A DNA stretch of 64,000 nucleotides, taken from Vicinamibacterales bacterium. Lineage in GTDB: Bacteria; Acidobacteriota; Vicinamibacteria; Vicinamibacterales; JAMQPK01. Where the stretch lies: the NCBI GenBank assembly GCA_023717525.1, contig JAMQPK010000126.1, positions 160-64,159 of the forward strand, written 5' to 3'. The notes under the pieces are model-generated. The model did not search any database, was not told where the DNA came from, and was given only the letters and a program-made list of their open reading frames with translations. Positions 35,375 through 43,105 of this stretch are shown one piece after another (position 1 is the first letter of the stretch; each line of letters begins with the position of its first letter). A program made the translations under genes and the position numbers.

Positions 35375-37219
35375 ATGCAACGCTTCACCACGGTCGTCGC
35401 ACTCCTGTTTACTGGCGCTGCTTCAGCCTATGCGCAGGCGCCGGTTTCGTACCGCGTGAGTATTCCGGAGCCCCAGCATCACTGGATGCGTGTTGAGGCT
35501 GTGTTTCCCGATCTTCCGGATGGCCCGGCGCGCGTACTGATGAGCCGCTCGTCTCCCGGCCGCTACGCGATTCACGAATTCGTGAAGAACGTCTACGACG
35601 TGCAGATCGACGATGGGGACGGCCGAACCCTCGCGGCGCAGCGCCCTGACGCGAGCGAATGGGAGGTGACGGGGCATGGTGGCGTCGTGCGTGTGCGCTA
35701 CAAAGTGTTTGGCGACGCCACCGACGGGACCTATCTCGGTGTCGACACCTCTCACGCGCACATCAACATTCCCGCGGCGCTGATGTGGGCGCGCGGCCTC
35801 GAGACAAGGCCTGCGCGAATCACCTTCGAGCCGCCGCCTGGTCGCGACTGGAAGGTGGCCACGCAGCTGCATCCGACAGGTGATCCGAACACCTTCACGG
35901 CGCCGAATCTTGCGTACCTGATTGACAGCCCTGCAGAAATCAGCAACTTCGTGTGGCGGAACTTCACCCTCGGCGAGCCGTTCCGCATCGCCCTGCACCA
36001 CGATGGCAGCGATCGAGACGCCGACCGATTCGCCGTTGACGTCGAGCGGATCGTCAAGGAAGAGCGCGCGGTGTTCGCCGACCTGCCGTCTTACGAAAAC
36101 GGATATACGTTCATCGTGGACCTGCTCCCGTACGCCGCTTTTGATGGCATGGAGCATCGCAACAGCACGATCGTGACGGTTCCAGGCGCCCTTCGCGTGC
36201 CCGACCAGAGAATGGCCGCGCTCACCACGGTGGCTCACGAGTTTTTTCATTGCTGGAACGTGGAGCGAATTCGGCCGAAGGCGCTCGAGCCGTTCAGGCT
36301 CGACGCTCCCAACATGACCGGCGAGCTCTGGTTTGCAGAGGGCTTCACGAGCTACTTCGAGCCGCTCATCATGGCGCGCACGGGTTTGTTCGGCGCGATG
36401 GACTTTGCGTCGGCGGTTGGCGCGGCGCTCGACACCGTGATTAACAGCCCTGCCCGCCGCTATCGCAGCGCCGAAGATATGAGCCGCATGGCTCCGGTCG
36501 TCGACGGGGCAGACTGGAGCGATCGCACAAACTGGGACAACACTTACATTTCCTACTACACCTGGGGCGCTGCGATCGGTTTGGGCCTCGATCTCTCGCT
36601 TCGAGCGCGCAGCGATAACGCGGTGACCCTCGACGACTTCATGCGCGCCGTCTGGCGGCGTCACGGACAGCCGGGCGCGGCTGCCGAAGGCGTCGTCGCC
36701 GAGCCATATTCGATGCAGGATCTCAAGGATCGCCTCGCCGAAGTGTCCGGCGATCGAAAGTTCGCCGACGACTTCTTCGATCGTTATGTTCAGGGCCGTC
36801 AGGTGGCCGACTACGGACCGCTGCTGGCACGTGCCGGATTCATTCTGCGCAAGAGGAATCCGGGACGTGCATGGATCGGCGCCTTGTCGTTGCGTTCTGT
36901 GCGGGGCACAACGGTGATCGTCGAGCCAACTCTGGAGGGCACCCCTATCCACACTTCCGGAGCCGACAGAGACGACGAAGTTCTCTCGGTTGATGGCGAA
37001 GCGATCGGTTCGCCCGAACGGTTCGAAGAGATCGTGCGACGCCGCAAGCCCGGGGATACGCTTCGCGCCGTCGTCCGGCGCAGGGGCTTCTCGGAGCAGC
37101 TCACTATTGCCGTCGAGGAAGATCCAGGGCTCGAACTGCTGCCGGTCGACTACGGTACGTTGTCTGTCCAGCAACGGGCATTCCGCGACGCGTGGCTGAA
37201 ATCCAAGGTCAATCCATGA
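35375..37219 (+). CDS. M61-family glycyl aminopeptidase with C-terminal PDZ domain
   Basis: It has a signal peptide, the HEFFHCWNVERIRP zinc motif followed by LWFAEGFTSY, and a PDZ-like C-terminus. Confidence 0.85.
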   Translation: MQRFTTVVALLFTGAASAYAQAPVSYRVSIPEPQHHWMRVEAVFPDLPDGPARVLMSRSSPGRYAIHEFVKNVYDVQIDDGDGRTLAAQRPDASEWEVTGHGGVVRVRYKVFGDATDGTYLGVDTSHAHINIPAALMWARGLETRPARITFEPPPGRDWKVATQLHPTGDPNTFTAPNLAYLIDSPAEISNFVWRNFTLGEPFRIALHHDGSDRDADRFAVDVERIVKEERAVFADLPSYENGYTFIVDLLPYAAFDGMEHRNSTIVTVPGALRVPDQRMAALTTVAHEFFHCWNVERIRPKALEPFRLDAPNMTGELWFAEGFTSYFEPLIMARTGLFGAMDFASAVGAALDTVINSPARRYRSAEDMSRMAPVVDGADWSDRTNWDNTYISYYTWGAAIGLGLDLSLRARSDNAVTLDDFMRAVWRRHGQPGAAAEGVVAEPYSMQDLKDRLAEVSGDRKFADDFFDRYVQGRQVADYGPLLARAGFILRKRNPGRAWIGALSLRSVRGTTVIVEPTLEGTPIHTSGADRDDEVLSVDGEAIGSPERFEEIVRRRKPGDTLRAVVRRRGFSEQLTIAVEEDPGLELLPVDYGTLSVQQRAFRDAWLKSKVNP

Positions 37220-37332
37220 GCGATCCGGTCGAAAGCTCGCGCAACTGGAGCGTGACGTACATTGCGGTTATCGCGACCGAGATCGTCTGCCTCCTGCTGC
37301 TCTGGTGGCTCGGACAGCGTTTCGGCATCTGA
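37216..37332 (+). CDS. Unlisted 38-aa single-TM small protein, coupled to the symporter gene
   Basis: It reads MSDPVESSRNWSVTYIAVIATEIVCLLLLWWLGQRFGI. Its ATG overlaps the M61 stop in an ATGA, and its TGA abuts the symporter ATG (TGAATG). It is below the 60-aa cutoff of the ORF track. Confidence 0.55.
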   Translation: MSDPVESSRNWSVTYIAVIATEIVCLLLLWWLGQRFGI

Positions 37333-39066
37333 ATGCATCTCCTCGACTGGGCCATCGTCGTCGTCTACGTCGGATGGCTCGTCTCGGACGGCGTCAAGCG
37401 CACGAAGCTCGAGCGCACGACCGAGTCGTATTTCCTGGCAAACCGGAGCATGCCGTGGTGGGCCGTCGGCCTGTCGGTAATGGCGACGCAGCTGAGCGCG
37501 ATCACGCTGGTTGGGACGACCGGCCAGGGATTCAACGACGGGCTGCGCTTCGTGCAGTTCTACTACGGGCTTCCGCTGGCAATGATCATTCTGGCGATCA
37601 CGCTGGTCCCATTCTTTTACCGCGCCAAGGTTTACACGGCGTACGAATATCTCGAGCGGCGCTTCGATCTGAAGACCCGGACCTTCACCAGTTTTCTGTT
37701 TCTCCTCTCGCGCGGGATGTCGGTAGGCGCCGTGGTCGCCGCGCCCGCTGTCGTCCTGTCGGTGATTCTGGGCTGGAACGTCACCGTGACGGCTCTCGCC
37801 ATCTGCGCGCCGGCAGTCGTCTACACGATCCTCGGAGGCGTGCAGGCGGTCACCTGGACCGACGTAAAGACGATGGGCCTTACGGTCGTCGCCCTGATCA
37901 TTGCGATGTTCTTCCTCGTATGGGGCCTGCCCGGCGAGGTCGGGATCGGGGACGCTCTAGCGATTGCCGGCCGCACCGGACGGCTCCGGGCGTTCGATTT
38001 TCATTTCTCGCTGACCGAGACGTACACCTTCTGGTCGGGAATGATCGGCGGCCTGTTCCTGATGTTGTCGTACTTCGGGTGCGATCAAAGCCAGGTGCAG
38101 CGTTACCTCACTGCCAAGTCGATCGATGACGCCAGGACATCGCTGCTGATGTCGGCCTATTGGAAGATTCCGCTGCAGGTGCTCGTTCTGATGGTGGGTA
38201 TCTTCACGTTTCTGTTCTACCTGTTCCACCAGCCCCCCCTCTTGTTCAATCGCGTATACGACGAGAAGCTGCGATCGGGGCCGGCGGCGTCCCAGTACGA
38301 AGCGCTGCGACAAGAGTACGCGTCGGCGTTTCAGACGAGACGGCAGACGGCGATCGAGATTGCTGCCGCGCGCAAAGCTCATGACGTCGGAGGCGAGGCT
38401 CGAGCGACCGACGCCTTCCGCGCCCAGGATACGTTGCTGCGCGCGATCAGATCCCGTGCGGGCCGGCTGGCGGCCGATACCGCCGGCGATGCGGCCTACA
38501 ACGACGTGAATTACATCTTTCCAACCTTTATCACCACAGCGCTGCCCATCGGCATCGTCGGGTTGTGGATCGCGGCGATCATTACGGCAGCGACCGACAC
38601 CATCGCTGCCGAGCTGAACTCGCTCGCAACCGCTACCGTGATCGATTTCTACAAACGGCTGCTGCGGCCGGGCAGCCCGGATGAGCACTACCTCCGGGTG
38701 TCTAAGGTGGCGACGGCGTTCTGGGGCCTTTTCGCGTGTGTCGTCGCCGTCTATGCCAGTAATCTGGGGTCGTTGATTGAGGTGGTGAATCGCTTCGGGT
38801 CGTTTTTCTATGGGTCGATTCTCGGCGTATTCATGCTCGCGATCCTTACCCGGCGGGCCACCGGGAACGGCGCGTTTTTTGGCCTCATTACGGGGATGGC
38901 CGCCGTTGCCTCCGTCGCGTTCATGCGGCCCGACATCTCCTTCCTCTGGCACAACGTGATTGGCGCGGTCGTCGTGTTCGTCGTGGGGATGACGATCAGC
39001 CTTTTTGGGGGCAAGCAAGGTTCGGATGGATCGCGCTTCCGCGCTGGTCTATTGTCCCGTTCATGA
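37333..39066 (+). CDS. Sodium:solute symporter (SSS) family transporter
   Basis: The 577-aa polytopic protein has an SSS N-terminal pattern ([35 protein letters not shown]). Confidence 0.88.
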   Translation: MHLLDWAIVVVYVGWLVSDGVKRTKLERTTESYFLANRSMPWWAVGLSVMATQLSAITLVGTTGQGFNDGLRFVQFYYGLPLAMIILAITLVPFFYRAKVYTAYEYLERRFDLKTRTFTSFLFLLSRGMSVGAVVAAPAVVLSVILGWNVTVTALAICAPAVVYTILGGVQAVTWTDVKTMGLTVVALIIAMFFLVWGLPGEVGIGDALAIAGRTGRLRAFDFHFSLTETYTFWSGMIGGLFLMLSYFGCDQSQVQRYLTAKSIDDARTSLLMSAYWKIPLQVLVLMVGIFTFLFYLFHQPPLLFNRVYDEKLRSGPAASQYEALRQEYASAFQTRRQTAIEIAAARKAHDVGGEARATDAFRAQDTLLRAIRSRAGRLAADTAGDAAYNDVNYIFPTFITTALPIGIVGLWIAAIITAATDTIAAELNSLATATVIDFYKRLLRPGSPDEHYLRVSKVATAFWGLFACVVAVYASNLGSLIEVVNRFGSFFYGSILGVFMLAILTRRATGNGAFFGLITGMAAVASVAFMRPDISFLWHNVIGAVVVFVVGMTISLFGGKQGSDGSRFRAGLLSRS

Positions 39067-39923
39067 GTACCGACATGCAGAAGCACCAGACAGCCACGAC
39101 GTTCTCGCAGGTGCGGACGGCTTGCGACATCATTCGCGCACACCCCGAAGAGCGGCACACGCTGAACCGGCTCGCGCACCGCGTGGGCCTGAGCCCGTTC
39201 CATTTTCAGCGGACGTTCACCAGGCTCGTGGGGATTTCGCCCCGGGCATTCGCGGAAGCGTGCCGGCTCGGTCAGGTGAAATCGGCGCTGCGGAAAGGCG
39301 CTCGCGTGACACCGGCCCTATACGACGCTGGATACGGTTCGAGCAGCCGGTTGTACGAGCGCGTCGATTCCGCCATGGGGATGACGCCTGCCACGTACCG
39401 GCGCGGTGGAGAGGGCGCCAGCATCGATTTCACTGTGGCGAATTCCCCGCTCGGAGCGTTGTTGGTTGCGGCCACAGCGCGTGGCGTGTGTCGCGTGATG
39501 ATCGGAGATGACGATCAGACTCTGGAGCGTGAGTTACGCCTGGAATACCCTCGAGCGGAGATCCGGCGCAACGATAGCCTCTTGAGCGCGCAGGTGAAGA
39601 CGCTGCTGAACTATCTTCGTGGCCGCTCGCCCCATCCCGACCTTCCGCTCGACGTGCGAGCCACGGCGTTTCAATGGCGCGTGTGGCGGCAACTGAAGGC
39701 CATCCCCTATGGGGAGACCCGCACCTATCAGGAAGTGGCGAAAGCCATCGGCAAGCCAACGGCGACGCGTGCTGTGGCCCGAGCGTGCGCCACGAACCCG
39801 GTTGCGCTCGTCATCCCCTGTCATCGTGTGATTCGTACAGATGGTTCGATGGGCGGCTATCGCTGGGGCATCCCTCGGAAGGAGACCCTGCTAAGGGATG
39901 AGCGGGCCAGGAGGAAAGCATAG
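39063..39923 (+). CDS. AraC-type HTH fused to methylated-DNA--protein-cysteine methyltransferase (Ada/Ogt-like)
   Basis: It has an AraC HTH ([27 protein letters not shown]) and the MGMT active site [19 protein letters not shown]. Its start overlaps the symporter stop in an ATGA. Confidence 0.88.
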   Translation: MSTDMQKHQTATTFSQVRTACDIIRAHPEERHTLNRLAHRVGLSPFHFQRTFTRLVGISPRAFAEACRLGQVKSALRKGARVTPALYDAGYGSSSRLYERVDSAMGMTPATYRRGGEGASIDFTVANSPLGALLVAATARGVCRVMIGDDDQTLERELRLEYPRAEIRRNDSLLSAQVKTLLNYLRGRSPHPDLPLDVRATAFQWRVWRQLKAIPYGETRTYQEVAKAIGKPTATRAVARACATNPVALVIPCHRVIRTDGSMGGYRWGIPRKETLLRDERARRKA

Positions 39924-39932
39924 AATGAGGCC

Positions 39933-41159
39933 TTGCCCAAGACCCATTACGGCACTCGCTACTGGCTCGATCGGCACGCAGCCTCGCGCCGACCGTCGTA
40001 TCCCCGGCACCGCGGCGTCCTGCAGACAGACGTTGCCATAGTCGGCGGCGGCGCGATCGGGTGCGTCATCGCCTACGTATTCGCGGCCGCCGGCATCAAG
40101 GTGGCCCTGTTCGAGGCCGAACGGCTGGCGCAGGGTCAAGCCTCGGGTGGCACCGGCATCGTCGTGCACGAGCCGGAACCGGAATTCCACAAACTGGTGG
40201 CGCAGCACGGCGTTCGCGACGCGAGGCACATCTATCAGACGGCCCGTCGCGGCTCTCTGGAATACGTCGCGGCCATCAAGCGGCTTCGCATCGACTGCGG
40301 GATGCAGATTCGGGACGGCGTGCACGTCGCCACCACTCCGGAAGGCATTCACGGGCTTGAAAAAGAGGCTGCGATGCGGCGCGAGGCGGGGATCGACGTG
40401 GCCGTTCTGAAGGGATCCGCGCTGGCCAGGAAGACCGGGATGGACGGCTTCGGTCTCGTCACCCACGGCAACGCTTCGCTCGATCCGTATCGTTCATCGC
40501 TGGGTTTTGCCAAAGCCGCGGCGGCCAGGGGTGCCGCCCTTTTCGAGCGCTCGCCTGTGACCCGCATTCGCCCGAAGCGCCGTCACGTCGAGATCAAGAC
40601 TGCGGGAGGGATGGTGACGGCGTCCAGCGTCGTCCTGGCGACCGGGTACCCCACAGACGATTTCAAGCCGCTTCGCCGTCGTTTTGCGAAATTCGAGTCC
40701 TATGTCGTGCTCACGCCTGAACTTGGCGCCCCTGTTCGGCGAGAGATGACACCTCCCGAGCTCATCCTCCGCACGGCCGCCGCACCCGATCAGTGGCTGC
40801 ACTGGACAGGCAATCGCGTGTTGTTTTCCGGGGCCGATCAATCGAGCGTGGCAGAACGCCTGAAGGCGCGCACCATCATCCAGCGGACGGGGCAATTGAT
40901 GTACGAGTTGTCGGTGTTGCGGCCGGTCATTTCCGGCGCGATGCCGGAGTATGCGTGGGCTACTGAGTACTCCCGCACGATTGACGGCGTTCCGTATTTC
41001 GGTCCGCACCGAAACTATCCCCATCATCTTTTTGCCTTCGGCGCGGGACCAGGAGGGCTCGGTCTCTCGTTCGCCGCCGCGCGGATTCTGCTTCGCAGTT
41101 ATCAGAACGCCACAGAGAAGGCCGACGTGCCGTTCTCGTTTGTGCGCATACGAGAATGA
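39933..41159 (+). CDS. FAD-dependent oxidoreductase (DAO family)
   Basis: It has the Rossmann motif DVAIVGGGAIGCVIAYVFAAAGIKVALFE and is 408 aa. A TTG start is assumed. Confidence 0.8.
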   Translation: MPKTHYGTRYWLDRHAASRRPSYPRHRGVLQTDVAIVGGGAIGCVIAYVFAAAGIKVALFEAERLAQGQASGGTGIVVHEPEPEFHKLVAQHGVRDARHIYQTARRGSLEYVAAIKRLRIDCGMQIRDGVHVATTPEGIHGLEKEAAMRREAGIDVAVLKGSALARKTGMDGFGLVTHGNASLDPYRSSLGFAKAAAARGAALFERSPVTRIRPKRRHVEIKTAGGMVTASSVVLATGYPTDDFKPLRRRFAKFESYVVLTPELGAPVRREMTPPELILRTAAAPDQWLHWTGNRVLFSGADQSSVAERLKARTIIQRTGQLMYELSVLRPVISGAMPEYAWATEYSRTIDGVPYFGPHRNYPHHLFAFGAGPGGLGLSFAAARILLRSYQNATEKADVPFSFVRIRE

Positions 41160-41869
41160 GCAGCGGGAGCAGCCAGGTCGATCTTCTCGCCTTCGGGCCG
41201 CACCCAGACGATCTGGAGATCGGGCTCGGGGGCTCGCTTGCCAGGCACGCCGCTCGAGGCCATCACGTCGGACTCTGCGACCTCACGCGGGGCGAAATGT
41301 CGAGCAATGGCACACCCGAGCAGCGCGTGAAGGAGGCTGAAGACGCGAGACAGGTGCTCGGTGCAGCCTGGCGCGAGAATCTTGCGCTCCCGGATCGCGG
41401 CATCGGGTCGAGCCCGGAACACATGCGGAAGGTGGTGGAGCTCGTGCGCCGGTGCCGTCCCCGCGCCGTCGCGCTGCCGTATTGGGAGGATCGGCATCCC
41501 GATCATGTGGCGTCGGCCGTGCTTCTTCGCGAAGCCGTATTCAACGCCAAGCTGCGCCGGTACGAGGCCGATGGCGATCCGTGGCAGCCGGAGTGGACGT
41601 GTTTCTATTTCATCAACGATAGCGTGCGGCCGTCGTTCGTGATTGACGTGACGGACTACTACGACGCGAAACGGCGGGCGCTCGCCTGCTACGCCAGCCA
41701 GTTTACCCGTGCAACCGAAGGCGCTGACACGCGTCTAAATGCACCGGGCTTCCGTCAGCTCATCGAGAGCCGCGACGCGCAGTTCGGTGCCCAGGTGGGC
41801 GTCGCGTTTGCGGAGGGCATCGTCGTGAACGAGCCCGTGGTTCGGAATGGACTGCTCAAGAATGAATAG
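41156..41869 (+). CDS. bshB1: PIG-L/LmbE-family deacetylase, BshB1-like (bacillithiol biosynthesis)
   Basis: It has the motifs FGPHPDDLEIGLGGSLA and HPDHVA, is 237 aa, and lies immediately upstream of a BshA-like glycosyltransferase. Confidence 0.75.
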   Translation: MSSGSSQVDLLAFGPHPDDLEIGLGGSLARHAARGHHVGLCDLTRGEMSSNGTPEQRVKEAEDARQVLGAAWRENLALPDRGIGSSPEHMRKVVELVRRCRPRAVALPYWEDRHPDHVASAVLLREAVFNAKLRRYEADGDPWQPEWTCFYFINDSVRPSFVIDVTDYYDAKRRALACYASQFTRATEGADTRLNAPGFRQLIESRDAQFGAQVGVAFAEGIVVNEPVVRNGLLKNE

Positions 41870-41880
41870 ACTTCACACTC

Positions 41881-41943
41881 CGGACTTCGGACTCCAGGCT
41901 CGCCTTGCAGGCCCAAAGCCCAAAGCCCGAAGCCCGAAGCCAA
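41881..41943. repeat. 63-bp palindromic heptamer element, copy 3 (diverged left arm)
   Basis: The units CGGACTT CGGACTC CAGGCTC GCCTTGC AGGCCCA AAGCCCA AAGCCCG AAGCCCG AAGCCAA lie in the bshB1-bshA spacer. Confidence 0.8.
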
Positions 41944-41953
41944 CGGGGATCCA

Positions 41954-43096
41954 GTGAACATCGGCGTGGTCTGTTACGCGTCGGTCGGCGGCAGCGGCAT
42001 TGTGGCCACCGAGCTCGCCAAGTCGCTCGCCCGGCGGAATCATCAGGTGCATCTGATCAGCACCGAGCCGCCGTTCCGGCTGGGCGACTACGAAGCGGGG
42101 CTTGCGTTCCATCGCGTCCACACGCCCACCTACCCGCTGTTCCGCGAGCCGCAGTACATGCTCTCGCTGGCGAACAAGATCGTCCAGCTGTCGCGCGAAT
42201 TTTCTCTGGACATCGTTCACGCGCACTACGCGATTCCCCATGCGACGGCAGCCTACCTCGCCAAGCAGATCCTGTCCGAAGCGCCCGACGTGAAGGTGCC
42301 GAAAATTATTACGACGCTGCACGGCACGGACATCACGCTGCTCGGCGGCGATCCGTCGTACTCCGAGGCCGTGGCATTTTCGATCGAGCATTCCGACGGC
42401 GTGACCGCTGTGTCGGAAAGCCTGAAGGCCGAAACCTACGCGTCCCTGCCGCTGAGGCGCGACATCCGGGTCATCCCGAATTTCCTCGATTGCGGCGTCT
42501 ACAAGCGTCGCGAGATTCCCGACCTGCGAGCGCGGCTCTGTCCGCCGGAAAAATACGACAGGCTGATTATTCATTTGTCGAATTTCCGGCCGGTCAAGCG
42601 CGTGGAGGCCGCTATCGACATCTTTCGCCGCATCCGGCAGAAGGTACGCGCCAAGTTTCTGCTCGTCGGTGAAGGCCCGGAACTGAGCAGAGCAATGCGG
42701 ATAGCACACGAGCTGAATCTCGGATGCGATGTCGAGGCGCTCGGCGAGCAGGAACATGTCATTCCGCTCCTCTCCGTTTCCGATCTGTTTCTGCTTCCAT
42801 CGGCGACCGAGAGCTTCGGCCTGGCCGGGCTCGAAGCGATGGCGTGCGGGGTGCCGGTCGTCGCGTCGCGCGCCGGCGGTTTGCCGGAAGTCATAGACGA
42901 GGGCGTGACGGGCTTCCTCCATCCACCCGACGATCTGCAGGGCATGGCCGACAGCGGCATCACCTTGCTGACGGACCCGGCGCTCCACGCGAGATTCTCG
43001 AAGGCGTCGCGCGATCGCGCAGAAGAGTTGTTCTGCGCCGCGCGCGTCGTGCCGCAGTATGAAGGGTATTATCGGGAAGTTATCGGCAGAGAATAG
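41954..43096 (+). CDS. bshA: GT4 glycosyltransferase, BshA-like (N-acetyl-alpha-D-glucosaminyl L-malate synthase)
   Basis: It has the N-terminus NIGVVCYASVGGSGIVATELAKSLARRNHQVHLIS and the C-terminal GT-B motif ESFGLAGLEAMACGVPVVASRAGGLPEVI. A GTG start is assumed. Confidence 0.78.
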   Translation: MNIGVVCYASVGGSGIVATELAKSLARRNHQVHLISTEPPFRLGDYEAGLAFHRVHTPTYPLFREPQYMLSLANKIVQLSREFSLDIVHAHYAIPHATAAYLAKQILSEAPDVKVPKIITTLHGTDITLLGGDPSYSEAVAFSIEHSDGVTAVSESLKAETYASLPLRRDIRVIPNFLDCGVYKRREIPDLRARLCPPEKYDRLIIHLSNFRPVKRVEAAIDIFRRIRQKVRAKFLLVGEGPELSRAMRIAHELNLGCDVEALGEQEHVIPLLSVSDLFLLPSATESFGLAGLEAMACGVPVVASRAGGLPEVIDEGVTGFLHPPDDLQGMADSGITLLTDPALHARFSKASRDRAEELFCAARVVPQYEGYYREVIGRE

Positions 43097-43105
43097 AAGG
43101 CGGTT

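Noticed and set aside
35423-37174. A 583-aa minus-strand ORF
   Set aside because: It is antisense to the M61 peptidase gene, which has a clear HExxH motif and signal peptide. The antisense product has no recognisable features.
24435-41943. Possibility that the repeat arrays are CRISPR arrays
   Set aside because: The repeat period is 7 bp with no unique spacers, the arrays are 28-63 bp long, and there are no cas genes. This is incompatible with CRISPR architecture.
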